From Treponema sp. (GTDB lineage: Bacteria; Spirochaetota; Spirochaetia; Treponematales; Treponemataceae): a stretch of DNA of 64,000 nt. Positions within the stretch are counted from its first letter, which is position 1. The number at the start of each line of letters is the position of its first letter. The position numbers and the translations under genes were made by a program. The stretch is from contig JAXJGY010000051.1 in NCBI GenBank assembly GCA_036300185.1, positions 44,693-108,692 of the forward strand. Reading direction: 5' to 3'. The notes below the pieces were generated by a model. That model was not told the DNA's origin, did not search any database, and was given only the letters and a program-made list of their open reading frames with translations. This document shows, piece by piece, positions 10,409 through 19,420 of the stretch.

Positions 10409-11269
10409 TTAGCGGAGCAAGCTCAATACATTCTGTGTGGACTGATTTGCCTGGGCAAGAATTGCCATACCAGACTGCTGCAGAACCTGATTCTTTGTAA
10501 AGTCAACCATTTCCTTAGCCATGTCTGTGTCGCGGATTCTTGATTCAGCAGACTGCAAGTTTTCTGCAGCAACATCGATTCCACGGATAGCATGCTCCAA
10601 GCGGTTGTAATAACCACCCAAGTCTGCTCTCTGCTTGTTGAGCTTCTTCAAAGCTTCATCAAGAGTTCCGATAGCACGGTTTGCTTCAGCAGGAGATTCA
10701 AGGGTCATGATTGTCTCATCGCCCAAGTTTCTCAAGTTAAGAGCAGTAGCAGTCATTGTTCCAATGTATACCTGCATTCTCTGATCCATGTTAGCACCAA
10801 TGTGGAACCACATAGAAGCAGTAACAGCATTTGTTCCCTCGTCACGGGCAAAGCGACCTGTCAACATGTTCATTCCGTTGAACTGAGCCTGGCTTGCAAT
10901 GCGATCAACTTCGGCGATAAGCTGAGAAACCTCAACCTGGATCTGCATTCTGTCTTCTTCTGTGTAAATACCGTTGGAAGACTGTACTGCCAACTCACGG
11001 ATGCGCTGAATAACATCAGTTGTTTCCTGCAAATAACCTTCAGTGGTCTGGATGAAAGAAAGACCGTTCTGAGCATTTTCAGAAGCCTTGTTCAAACCAC
11101 GAATCTGGCTACGCATTTTTTCTGAAACAGCAAGGCCGGAGGCGTCATCGCCAGCCCTGTTGATCTTCAGTCCAGAAGACAACTTCTCCATGTTCTTCTG
11201 GGCTGCCACATTGGTAAGATTTGTTGAGCGCTGAGAATACATAGCACTCATGTTGTGATTAATTACCAT
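10409..11269 (-). CDS. flaB: Flagellar filament core protein FlaB (flagellin)
   Basis: [18 protein letters not shown]...[31 protein letters not shown]-terminus and ...[19 protein letters not shown]-terminus, typical of spirochaete FlaB. AAGGAG SD; monocistronic with its own terminator. Confidence 0.92.
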   Translation of the reverse strand: MVINHNMSAMYSQRSTNLTNVAAQKNMEKLSSGLKINRAGDDASGLAVSEKMRSQIRGLNKASENAQNGLSFIQTTEGYLQETTDVIQRIRELAVQSSNGIYTEEDRMQIQVEVSQLIAEVDRIASQAQFNGMNMLTGRFARDEGTNAVTASMWFHIGANMDQRMQVYIGTMTATALNLRNLGDETIMTLESPAEANRAIGTLDEALKKLNKQRADLGGYYNRLEHAIRGIDVAAENLQSAESRIRDTDMAKEMVDFTKNQVLQQSGMAILAQANQSTQNVLSLLR

Positions 11270-11463
11270 AGTGTATCTCCTTCTTTTTAGCCGGCATTGC
11301 TACTTTTGCACACAAGATTCCAAACCTCTGATTGCGGATAGAATAAGCAATTGTCCACCTGTAATGCCTTGCGGCACTTCCCCACAACCAGCAACCGGAA
11401 CAATCCAGCTGTTTGTTTCAGCCTACGCTGATAGTAAATTCTCGGAAGAAGAAAATAAATACT

Positions 11464-11913
11464 TTACAGTTTTTTATGACATTCTGTACAACCAATGATG
11501 TGAACATGTCTTCTGCCTGATTTTTGCATAGTCATGCGGGCAACTAAGGAACCTGTCATGGGAACGGGACGTCCACAAACTGGGCAGCTACGTCGTTTTT
11601 TCTTTTGTCCATCTTTACTGTAGCAAAAGGGGCAGCCTTGTATAGTACAGTGCTGATCATCATCTAATTGGGATGATAAGGGGCGATATATCTTTGAAAA
11701 CAGATTTATTCCTGGTGTTAAGGTTGAATCACACAGGGGGCAATAGGTCTTGGTGGGTGAGTTGCTCTTTTGTGGTTTTTGCTCCTCTTTCTTTGGCTTC
11801 TTATTTTTTCCATCATAATAGTTTTTTGCCATTTCTACATATTTGCTGAAAAGAAAAAGAATTAAACCTATGAGAGCCCCAATGGCAATAATGATAAATA
11901 AATCGCTGCCCAT
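11464..11913 (-). CDS. Hypothetical membrane-anchored Cys-rich (multi-CxxC, zinc-ribbon-like) protein
   Basis: N-terminal TM helix (LFIIIAIGALIGLILFLF), a Lys-rich linker, then CPLC...CTIQGCPFC...CPVC...CTEC. Starts 4 nt after the ALDH stop. Confidence 0.5.
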   Translation of the reverse strand: MGSDLFIIIAIGALIGLILFLFSKYVEMAKNYYDGKNKKPKKEEQKPQKSNSPTKTYCPLCDSTLTPGINLFSKIYRPLSSQLDDDQHCTIQGCPFCYSKDGQKKKRRSCPVCGRPVPMTGSLVARMTMQKSGRRHVHIIGCTECHKKL

Positions 11914-11917
11914 ATTT

Positions 11918-13327
11918 CTATTTCAAAAACAATTTAATGAATTTAAGCTTACCCTCTTTATAAGGTGGGTATCTTAAGGATATATCGAATTTAGCAGGTC
12001 TAGAAAGGATAGCCTTCTGATAGCTAAAGGTGTCGAATCCTGCCTTTCCGTGATAATTACCCATTCCACTGTGGCCACTTCCACCAAAGGGAAGCTGAGA
12101 AGAAGCTCCATGAAGAAGGGTATCGTTTATACAACCACCACCATAAGGAAGGGTTTCTGTAACAAGTTTTTTTGTATTCTTGTCGGTACTAAAAAGATAC
12201 AATGCTAAGGGCTCTGGTTTTTCTTGAATGTAGCTCAAAGCCTCCTCTATGGTGTTGTAAGGGAGGATTGGCAAAATGGGGCCAAATATTTCATCCTGCA
12301 TAACAGGCGCATCTCCTTCTGGAGAATCCAATAGTATGGGTTTAATCTTCAAGGCTTCTCTGTTATAGCTTGCACCAGTAGGATTATTTGTTGTTACAAC
12401 TCCATTGGCAGGGTTATTGCCATTTGCTAGGTTTAAAAGACGGAAGAAATGACGTTCGTTCACAATGGAAGAAAGTGTACTATCTGGTGCCACAGGATTA
12501 TCTCCGTAAAACTCTTCCATACAAAAACACATTTTTTCCATTAATTCCTTGTGCTTGCTTGAGTCTACTAGCACATAATCTGGAGCAATGCAGTTTTGTC
12601 CGCTATTAATAAGCTTTCCCCAGATAATTCTTTTTGCAGCTGAATCTATATCAGCTGTAGCATCCACGATACAAGGATTTTTGCCACCTAACTCCAAGCA
12701 TACAGGAGTGAGATTTCTAGCAGCTGCTTCCATCACCTTTTTTCCAGCAGTGGCTCCACCAGTATAAAAAATAAAATCATACTTTTGAGTTAATAAGGAG
12801 TGGTGAATTTCGTTGCCACCTGTTACTATAGCTACTTGTTCTGAAGAAAAGGCTTCTTGGATGATAGTTTTTAAGAGTCGTTCTGATTCTTGTGCATGAT
12901 GAGAAGGCTTTAGAATAACACAATTTCCTGCACTTAATGCTGCAGCCAATGCCATTAAGGGTATTTGAAAAGGAAAATTCCATGGAGTAATTACAAGGGC
13001 GCAACCATAGGGCTGGGAAAGAGTCTTACTTATTCCTGGAAAGCTATGGAGTGGTGTTATGCGAAATTTAGGTTGTGCCCACCAAGTAAGTCGCCTTCTT
13101 AAAAAGTCGATTTCTTTTATGACTAGAGAAAATTCTGTAATATATGCTTCTGCAGTGGATTTTTGTAAATCCTTTGCCAGTGCTTCCAATATTTCATTTT
13201 GATATTTAAGCAGAATATTTTTGAGGCAAGCTAACTGTTCCTTGCGAAATTTTGTATCTTTTGTTTTACCTGTTAAAAAAAAAGCCCTCTGTGTGGCCAC
13301 TAACTCAGAAAGATCAGTTGAAATCAT
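11918..13327 (-). CDS. NAD(P)+-dependent aldehyde dehydrogenase (class-3-like)
   Basis: Catalytic Glu/Cys motifs CLELGGKNPCIV and INSGQNCIAPDYVLV. Start moved from track 13363 to ATG 13327 (MISTDLSELVATQRAFF). Confidence 0.85.
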   Translation of the reverse strand: MISTDLSELVATQRAFFLTGKTKDTKFRKEQLACLKNILLKYQNEILEALAKDLQKSTAEAYITEFSLVIKEIDFLRRRLTWWAQPKFRITPLHSFPGISKTLSQPYGCALVITPWNFPFQIPLMALAAALSAGNCVILKPSHHAQESERLLKTIIQEAFSSEQVAIVTGGNEIHHSLLTQKYDFIFYTGGATAGKKVMEAAARNLTPVCLELGGKNPCIVDATADIDSAAKRIIWGKLINSGQNCIAPDYVLVDSSKHKELMEKMCFCMEEFYGDNPVAPDSTLSSIVNERHFFRLLNLANGNNPANGVVTTNNPTGASYNREALKIKPILLDSPEGDAPVMQDEIFGPILPILPYNTIEEALSYIQEKPEPLALYLFSTDKNTKKLVTETLPYGGGCINDTLLHGASSQLPFGGSGHSGMGNYHGKAGFDTFSYQKAILSRPAKFDISLRYPPYKEGKLKFIKLFLK

Positions 13328-13365
13328 GACAAAAATTATACCTAGAAACAGTAAAATACACAATG
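13328..13365. repeat. 38-bp direct repeat, copy 1 (37/38 identical to 14663-14700)
   Basis: gacaaaaattatacctagaaacagtaaaatAcacaatg; lies immediately upstream of the ALDH start. Confidence 0.9.
13335..13363 (-). promoter_or_regulatory. Sigma-70-type promoter TTGTGT-N17-TATAAT, 7 nt upstream of the ALDH ATG (candidate leaderless)
   Basis: Minus strand reads TTGTGT attttactgtttctagg TATAAT ttttgtc ATG. Confidence 0.45.
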
Positions 13366-13469
13366 AGGAAATTAAGAGGTATGGTAGAGTTTCCGATTCG
13401 AGCAGTTTTAAAAAAAAAGAGCCACCTTTTCAGATGGCTCCCACTAGAAGGTTTAATGTGCTTTATGAA

Positions 13470-14201
13470 TTAGAACTTGAGGGCGTACCCCACAGAGATG
13501 TTGAAGTTGCGGCGGGTGAACAGCTCCATGGATTCACCTTCGGAGGCAATTGTCACGTTGGTGAAATCATTCACATACCGCAGGTCGGCAACGAGGGAGC
13601 CAGGACCAAGGGGCAGTCCTACCTCAACACCGGCAACAATGCCGGGGATAAATCTGGGGTCAATGTCAAACTCTTCTGTAAACTCTTTTTTCTCTTCCCC
13701 ATAGCCCTCTATTTTTGCGGTGTACTCCATCTTATATTTGAGCTTTCCCAGGGGGATGGAGAAATTCACACCAACCATGGGAGTAATCACCACGGGACCA
13801 GCAGAAATGTCGTAAGTTACAATTAGGGGGATATCCATGGAAAGATAGGTGCCGGAAGCGTTTCCTGTCACGTTGATTATACTTACATTGTCACGAATGT
13901 AACCATCGACCTCTAATGCTACTCCGTTGTTTGCAAATATGCCCAGCTCCAGCTGCACACCCAAGGGAGCGTGGGAGGGCATGTTGTAGCGGCCGTAGAT
14001 GGAGCCGCCACCGCCAACCACCAGCTTGCCAAATGAGGTGGTGCCAATGAAGTTTTCCATGCTGGCAACTGCTCTCCCTTCATCTGTAGTCGTTGAGCCC
14101 CAGTTCATTCCAAATGTTCCCTTTGCACCCACGGTAATCTGGGCACAAACCATGCTCACTGTAACTGCGGCCACCACGGCCATAGCAACAATCTTTTTCA
14201 T
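13470..14201 (-). CDS. Predicted outer-membrane beta-barrel protein
   Basis: Signal peptide MKKIVAMAVVAAVTVSMVCAQ, alternating amphipathic strands, C-terminal ...VGYALKF (terminal Phe), AAGGAG SD. Confidence 0.6.
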   Translation of the reverse strand: MKKIVAMAVVAAVTVSMVCAQITVGAKGTFGMNWGSTTTDEGRAVASMENFIGTTSFGKLVVGGGGSIYGRYNMPSHAPLGVQLELGIFANNGVALEVDGYIRDNVSIINVTGNASGTYLSMDIPLIVTYDISAGPVVITPMVGVNFSIPLGKLKYKMEYTAKIEGYGEEKKEFTEEFDIDPRFIPGIVAGVEVGLPLGPGSLVADLRYVNDFTNVTIASEGESMELFTRRNFNISVGYALKF

Positions 14202-14214
14202 TAGAAATCTCCTT

Positions 14215-14240
14215 TAGTTGTTACGTATAAGTAACAACTA
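14215..14240. promoter_or_regulatory. Perfect 10-bp inverted repeat TAGTTGTTAC-N6-GTAACAACTA (candidate operator) between the divergent OMP and XRE genes
   Basis: Seen directly; abuts the OMP ribosome-binding site. Confidence 0.45.
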
Positions 14241-14283
14241 AAATGTATACTTACTTAAAATAAACAAATAATCAAGTGTCAAT

Positions 14284-14303
14284 TACGTTTTTTAACGTAT
14301 TAT
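14284..14303 (+). promoter_or_regulatory. Inverted repeat TACGTT-N4-AACGTA overlapping a TATTAT -10 box 6 nt upstream of the xre ATG
   Basis: tTACGTTttttAACGTATTATatctccATG; no SD. Shares the TTACGT/ACGTAA core with the 14215-14240 repeat. Confidence 0.4.
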
Positions 14304-14309
14304 ATCTCC

Positions 14310-14636
14310 ATGGGATTCAGAGAAAACTTGAAGGCTGAGCTTGCATATCAGGATATACTTGTCAAGGAACTAGCAGAGTTGTCTGGTGTAAACAAACGGA
14401 CGTTAGACAATTATCTGCGAGAAAAGTCCAATACACCACCTGCTGATGTGGCTGTGAAGATTGCTCATGCACTCAAAGTTTCTGTTGAATACCTTGTCAC
14501 TGGAGTGGATTCAGTGGTAACAGAAAAACCAAGTGAAACGGTGGAGTTGTTGTCTATTTACTCGAATCTCTCTGTCATAAATAAGAGAAATTTATTGGCT
14601 ATTGCCCGTATTCTTCATGGTAATGGTTCTAGTTGA
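14310..14636 (+). CDS. XRE-family helix-turn-helix transcriptional regulator
   Basis: 108 aa with N-terminal HTH_3-like segment LKAELAYQDILVKELAELSGVNKRTLDNYL. Confidence 0.75.
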   Translation: MGFRENLKAELAYQDILVKELAELSGVNKRTLDNYLREKSNTPPADVAVKIAHALKVSVEYLVTGVDSVVTEKPSETVELLSIYSNLSVINKRNLLAIARILHGNGSS

Positions 14637-14662
14637 TTGCTTTTTTTATGGCTTGTTATTTA

Positions 14663-14700
14663 GACAAAAATTATACCTAGAAACAGTAAAATGCACAATG
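14663..14700. repeat. 38-bp direct repeat, copy 2 (carries a second copy of the TTGTGC-N17-TATAAT promoter on the minus strand)
   Basis: gacaaaaattatacctagaaacagtaaaatGcacaatg. On the minus strand it points into the 3' end of xre (antisense) and toward the OMP gene. Confidence 0.9.
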
Positions 14701-14866
14701 GAAAAAGGAAAGCGGTGTAGAAGGTTTGTAGCTCTTTTAGTGGGGGTTGAAAAAGTGAATTCTTCTTTACACCAATAGGAATTTTGTTGAAATAAGTGGA
14801 AAATCGTGTTGTTTTCTTCTTATCCCTCTTGCATATATTGCGTTTAAATAGTATAAATAGGAACCA

Positions 14867-15088
14867 CTATTCTACGAAAGTGGAAATGAAGATACAATCT
14901 TCGGGTTCTTTTAGAGTTAAGCAGACATTGGAGCGTCTGGCGAAACCGTAAAATTTCTTGTAATACAAGAAATAGGATGTTCGCAACCCTTTGATTGTGG
15001 TTTGTCCTAGGACAAAACGTGAGCGGTGAAAGGGCCTAATGATGTAAATTGCTCCTGGCTTTAGTGTACCAAACCGTTCATCAAACAC
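14867..15088 (-). pseudogene. Possible remnant of a GIY-YIG-type nuclease domain (very tentative)
   Basis: Track ORF contains GAIYIIRPFHRSRFVLGQTTIKGLR, which has the spacing of GIY-X10-YIG-X8-R. There is no ATG, no SD and no C-terminal half. Confidence 0.15.
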
Positions 15089-15299
15089 GGATTTGATGGT
15101 GATAGGTGGTCCGGCCGAAACAGTCCGAATAGATGGGCTGTCACGCAGAGAAGAAGTTCTTCTCTATCCCTCCTTATCTACATCCATGTAAATCCGTTTC
15201 TATAGTGCTTGAGAATGCAGTGTATTTTACGTTGTGTTCTATATAATATGGCAATTATTTTTTATTTTTATACCTGAGTATCTGGTATAGGAGGATTAC

Positions 15300-16487
15300 A
15301 TGGCAAAGGAAAAGTTCGAAAGAACGAAGCCCCACATGAACGTAGGAACCATTGGTCACGTTGACCATGGTAAGACAACTCTTTCTGCTGCTATTACTCA
15401 GCACTGCGCCAAGAAGTTTGGTGACAAGGCTTTGAAGTATGATGAAATCGACAATGCACCAGAAGAGAAGGCTCGTGGTATTACAATCAATACCCGTCAC
15501 TTGGAGTATCAGTCAGAAAAGCGTCACTATGCACACATCGACTGCCCCGGTCACGCAGACTATATCAAGAACATGATTACTGGTGCTGCTCAGATGGACG
15601 GTGCTGTTCTCGTAGTATCTGCACCTGACTCTGTTATGCCTCAGACAAAGGAGCACATCCTGTTGGCTCGCCAGGTAGGTGTACCTGGAATTATCGTATT
15701 CTTGAACAAGGTTGACTTGGTTGACGATCCTGAGTTGTTGGAGTTGGTTGAGGAAGAAGTACGCGATGTTCTTACATCTTATGGCTTCCCTGAGGATACT
15801 CCTATTATCAAGGGTTCTGCATTCCATGCTCTTAAGGATGATGCAACTGCTGATGATACAAAGTGTATCGATGAGTTGCTCGACGTAATGGATTCATACT
15901 TCAAAGATCCAGATCGTGCTGCTGACCTCCCCTTCTTGATGCCTGTTGAAGACGTATTCACCATTTCTGGACGCGGTACTGTAGTAACAGGACGTATCGA
16001 GCGTGGTATCATCAAGTTGAACGAAGAAGTTGAAATCGTTGGTATTCGCCCCACACAGAAGACCGTTATTACCGGTATCGAAATGTTCAACAAGTTGTTG
16101 GATCAGGGTGAAGCTGGAGACAACGTAGGTCTCTTGCTCCGCGGTATCGACAAGAAGTCTGTAGAACGCGGACAGGTTTTGGCAAAGCCAGGATCAATCA
16201 CTCCTCACACAAAGTTCGAGGGACAGATTTACGTATTGTCAAAGGAAGAAGGTGGACGCCACAGCCCATTCTTCTCTGGATATCGCCCTCAGTTCTATTT
16301 CCGCACCACCGACATCACAGGAACAATTACTCTTCCTGATGGTGTAGACATGGTTAAGCCTGGTGACAACACCAAGATCATTGGTGAGTTGATTCACCCT
16401 GTTGCTATGGACAAGGGTCTTAAGTTCGCTATTCGCGAAGGTGGACGCACAATTGCTTCTGGACAGGTAACAGAGGTTAAAGACTAA
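15300..16487 (+). CDS. tuf: Elongation factor Tu
   Basis: [28 protein letters not shown]..., [12 protein letters not shown]; AGGAGG SD. Confidence 0.98.
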   Translation: MAKEKFERTKPHMNVGTIGHVDHGKTTLSAAITQHCAKKFGDKALKYDEIDNAPEEKARGITINTRHLEYQSEKRHYAHIDCPGHADYIKNMITGAAQMDGAVLVVSAPDSVMPQTKEHILLARQVGVPGIIVFLNKVDLVDDPELLELVEEEVRDVLTSYGFPEDTPIIKGSAFHALKDDATADDTKCIDELLDVMDSYFKDPDRAADLPFLMPVEDVFTISGRGTVVTGRIERGIIKLNEEVEIVGIRPTQKTVITGIEMFNKLLDQGEAGDNVGLLLRGIDKKSVERGQVLAKPGSITPHTKFEGQIYVLSKEEGGRHSPFFSGYRPQFYFRTTDITGTITLPDGVDMVKPGDNTKIIGELIHPVAMDKGLKFAIREGGRTIASGQVTEVKD

Positions 16488-16502
16488 TTTAATTGGCTGG
16501 AA

Positions 16503-16540
16503 GGCTACCTGAGGTGCCTCAGGTGGCCTCCATATTTTCC
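16503..16540 (+). terminator. Hairpin plus T-tract between tuf and rpsJ (partial terminator/attenuator)
   Basis: GGCTACCTGAGG-tg-CCTCAGGTGGCC followed by tccatatttt. Confidence 0.4.
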
Positions 16541-16550
16541 AGGAGGAATA

Positions 16551-16859
16551 ATGGCTACCGAAAAGATTCGTGTCAGACTTAGAGCATTTGATGTTAGTCT
16601 GATCGATCAGAGTGCAAAGTCCATCGTGCAGACAGTTCAGCAGGCTGGTGCAAAGGTTTCAGGACCTATCCCACTGCCTACTAGAATTAATAAGGTGACT
16701 GTATTGCGTTCTCCTCACGTAAACAAGAAATCACGTGAGCAGTTCGAAATGCGTACACATAAGCGCCTTATTGACATTATTGAGCCATCAGCTGATGTAA
16801 TGGATTCACTGATGAAGCTTGAGCTGCCAGCTGGCGTTGATGTAGAAATTAAGCAGTAA
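16551..16859 (+). CDS. rpsJ: 30S ribosomal protein S10 (uS10)
   Basis: [10 protein letters not shown]...SGPIPLPT...[24 protein letters not shown]. Confidence 0.97.
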   Translation: MATEKIRVRLRAFDVSLIDQSAKSIVQTVQQAGAKVSGPIPLPTRINKVTVLRSPHVNKKSREQFEMRTHKRLIDIIEPSADVMDSLMKLELPAGVDVEIKQ

Positions 16860-16948
16860 GTCGTTGACTTATTGTAGTAGCTACTGATTACAGTGCTACA
16901 AACAGTACGGTTCCCCGGATCAGGGAATGGCGGCTGAGAAAGAAATGA

Positions 16949-16966
16949 GAGGAAGTTTGCTTCCTC
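16949..16966 (+). promoter_or_regulatory. Perfect 7-bp hairpin GAGGAAG-tttg-CTTCCTC just upstream of the rplC SD
   Basis: Seen directly, inside an unusually long (126-nt) rpsJ-rplC spacer. Confidence 0.3.
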
Positions 16967-16985
16967 AATTAAGGAGAATATCAGA

Positions 16986-17606
16986 ATGAAAGGTCTGATT
17001 GCAACAAAAGTGGGAATGACCCAGGTGTTCGACGAAAACGGTAACCTCACACCGGTTACTGTGATCCGCGTTGATCCTAATGTGGTTGTAGCCCGAAAAA
17101 CAAAGGAAACTGCAGGTTATGACGCTGTTGTTCTTGGTCTCGGAGAGCTCAAGAGCAAGAATGTTACAAAGCCTTATGCAGGACAGTTTCCTGAGGGAAT
17201 CACCCCTAAGCGGCATCTTAAGGAATTTCGTGATTTTGAATCCGAGCCAGCTGTAGGTGATGAAATTGGTATCGAGCTTTTTGAAGGTACCAGATATGTA
17301 GACGTTACCGCTACCTCAAAGGGTAAGGGCTTTCAGGGTGTAATGAAGAGGTGGGGTTTCCACGGTGGACGTGCAACACACGGTTCAAAGTTTCATCGTG
17401 AAGCCGGTTCAACAGGAATGTGTACCTCTCCCGGACGCAGCTTTAAGAATATAAAGATGCCCGGTCACATGGGTAATGAGCGGGTTACCGTACAAAACCT
17501 GAAGGTTGTAAAGGTTGATCCTGAGTTGAAGGTTGTGATGGTTCGTGGGTCTGTACCCGGGAATAAAGACTGTACGCTGATCATCAAGTCCGCGGTAAAG
17601 AAATAA
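16986..17606 (+). CDS. rplC: 50S ribosomal protein L3 (uL3)
   Basis: MKGLIATKVGMTQVFDENGN...KGKGFQGVMKRWGFHGG. Confidence 0.97.
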   Translation: MKGLIATKVGMTQVFDENGNLTPVTVIRVDPNVVVARKTKETAGYDAVVLGLGELKSKNVTKPYAGQFPEGITPKRHLKEFRDFESEPAVGDEIGIELFEGTRYVDVTATSKGKGFQGVMKRWGFHGGRATHGSKFHREAGSTGMCTSPGRSFKNIKMPGHMGNERVTVQNLKVVKVDPELKVVMVRGSVPGNKDCTLIIKSAVKK

Positions 17607-17621
17607 CGGCAGAGGAAGACG

Positions 17622-18254
17622 ATGGAAAAGAAAGTCTATTCAGTCGATGGTAAAGAGCTTAGGACTATTACTCTTGATGATAAGGTGTTCGGACTCCCTG
17701 TTAACGAAGACGTTATCTATTATGCCATCACTAACGAGTTAGCAAATAAGCGCGTAGGTACAGCCTGTACAAAAGATCGTTCTGAGGTGCATGGTAGCAA
17801 TGCCAAGCCCTATAAGCAGAAGGGAACAGGTCGTGCTCGTCGCGGTGATAAAAAATCCCCTCTTACACGGGGTGGCGGTGTGGTTTTCGGACCCAAGCCA
17901 AGGGATTTCAGTTTTGCATTGCCCAAGAAGGTTAAGCGCTTGGCAATGAAGTCAATTTTGAGTATGAAGGCTCAGAATGATACATTGACTGTAATCGAAG
18001 ATTTTACTGTAGAAAGCGGAAAGACAAAGGATTTAGTGTCCATTTTGAAGAATTTCCCTGCAGAAGGTCGTGTAGTAATCGTTTTGAAGGACGATGATGC
18101 AAAGATTAAGCAGGCAGGACGCAACATTCCTACCGTATCCTTCCTTTCTTATAACAGACTTCGTGCTCATGACCTCTTCTACGGAAGAAAGGTTATCATG
18201 TTGGAGTCTGCTGCAAAGAACCTTTCTGGCTTTTACAATACGGAGGCTGAATAA
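17622..18254 (+). CDS. rplD: 50S ribosomal protein L4 (uL4)
   Basis: KQKGTGRARRGDKKSPLTRGGGVVFGPKPRDF; S10-operon order. Confidence 0.96.
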   Translation: MEKKVYSVDGKELRTITLDDKVFGLPVNEDVIYYAITNELANKRVGTACTKDRSEVHGSNAKPYKQKGTGRARRGDKKSPLTRGGGVVFGPKPRDFSFALPKKVKRLAMKSILSMKAQNDTLTVIEDFTVESGKTKDLVSILKNFPAEGRVVIVLKDDDAKIKQAGRNIPTVSFLSYNRLRAHDLFYGRKVIMLESAAKNLSGFYNTEAE

Positions 18255-18538
18255 TGGTGTACGAAGATATCCTTATCGAGCCTGTTCTGTCAGAAAAAGC
18301 AACTTTTTTGCGGGAAGAGAATAAGTACGTATTCAAGGTAAGTCCCTTTGCTGGGAAGATCCAGATTAAGGAAGCTGTACGCAAGCTCTTTGGTGTAAAA
18401 GTTGTGGACTGCACAGTGATGAATGTTGGTGGAAAGAAGAAGCGTGTTCGCTATCGAGCAGGTAAAACCTCCAACTGGAAAAAGGCTATCGTCAAGCTTG
18501 CGCCTGGCGAAACCATCAAGGTGTTCGAAGGCGTTTAA
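18254..18538 (+). CDS. rplW: 50S ribosomal protein L23 (uL23)
   Basis: 94 aa with IKEAVRKLFGVKVVDCTVMNV...KKAIVKL; position after rplD. Confidence 0.95.
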   Translation: MVYEDILIEPVLSEKATFLREENKYVFKVSPFAGKIQIKEAVRKLFGVKVVDCTVMNVGGKKKRVRYRAGKTSNWKKAIVKLAPGETIKVFEGV

Positions 18539-18575
18539 GCCTTTGGCCACATGATAGTAAGGGGAACCAATAACT

Positions 18576-19403
18576 ATGGCTCTTAAAGTATATAAGCCGA
18601 TAACCGCAGGTACACGTACACGTATCGACTTGCGGAAAGATGAACTGACTACGGAAAAGCCTGAGAAGAGCTTGACCCATGGTCGCACAGCGCGAGGTGG
18701 ACGCGGTGCTGGTGGACGAATTTCTGTTCGTCATCAGGGTGGTGGACACAAGCGCAAGTACCGTGAAATCGATTTTAAGCGGGATAAGCATGGTATTCCT
18801 GGTACAGTAAAGACCATCGAGTACGATCCAAACCGCAGTGCCAATATTGCATTGATTTTCTATGCAGATGGTGAAAAGCGCTACATCATTGCTCCTAAGG
18901 GACTTGTTGTAGGCCAGAAGATCGTATCTGGACAGGATGCAGCTCCAGTAGTTGGAAATGCACTTCCTTTGGAAGCAATTCCTGTTGGATTTACTGTTCA
19001 CAATATCGAATTGACCCTGGGTCGTGGTGGTCAGCTGGTTCGTTCAGCTGGTGCAAGTGCTTTGGTTGCAGCTAAAGAAGGTGATTATGTAACAATCAAG
19101 TTGCCTTCCAGTGAAATGCGCCGTGTGCACAAGAAGTGCTACGCAACAATCGGTGTTGTAGGAAACGAAGATAGAATGAACACCCAGCTTGGTAAAGCTG
19201 GTCGTAGCAGATGGCGAGGTGTTAGACCTACTGTTCGTGGTATGGCCATGAACCCTGTTGATCATCCGCTTGGTGGTGGTGAAGGCGCCGGAAAGGGACG
19301 TAACCCAGTTACTCCTTGGGGACAGCCTTGCCGTGGATACAAAACCCGCAACAAGCGGAAGGTGTCAAGCAAGTTTATTGTTTCACGCCGGAAGAAGAAG
19401 TAG
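18576..19403 (+). CDS. rplB: 50S ribosomal protein L2 (uL2)
   Basis: [18 protein letters not shown]...[29 protein letters not shown]. Confidence 0.97.
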   Translation: MALKVYKPITAGTRTRIDLRKDELTTEKPEKSLTHGRTARGGRGAGGRISVRHQGGGHKRKYREIDFKRDKHGIPGTVKTIEYDPNRSANIALIFYADGEKRYIIAPKGLVVGQKIVSGQDAAPVVGNALPLEAIPVGFTVHNIELTLGRGGQLVRSAGASALVAAKEGDYVTIKLPSSEMRRVHKKCYATIGVVGNEDRMNTQLGKAGRSRWRGVRPTVRGMAMNPVDHPLGGGEGAGKGRNPVTPWGQPCRGYKTRNKRKVSSKFIVSRRKKK

Positions 19404-19420
19404 CAGGATAGGAGATAACC

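Noticed and set aside
11270-11463. Sigma-28 (TAAA-N15-GCCGATAA) or sigma-54 promoter upstream of flaB
   Set aside because: The nearest matches do not fit the required sequence or spacing: GCCGGCTAA has no TAAA at the right distance, and TGGATT-N..-GGTTGCT has GG-to-GC spacing of 14 rather than 12. No promoter call is made.
13221-13826. 201-aa plus-strand ORF spanning the ALDH start and the OMP gene
   Set aside because: It crosses an intergenic region and is antisense to two better-supported genes.
14900-15180. Possible RNase P RNA, tmRNA, SRP RNA or tRNA upstream of tuf (short resemblances such as GGTGAAAGGG and TAGATGGGCTGTCACGCAGAG)
   Set aside because: The universally conserved RNase P CR-I (GAGGAAAGTCC) is absent on both strands. 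There is no tmRNA or tRNA acceptor/T-arm (GGTTCGA-type) and no SRP AGGTCCGGAAGGAAGCAGC motif.
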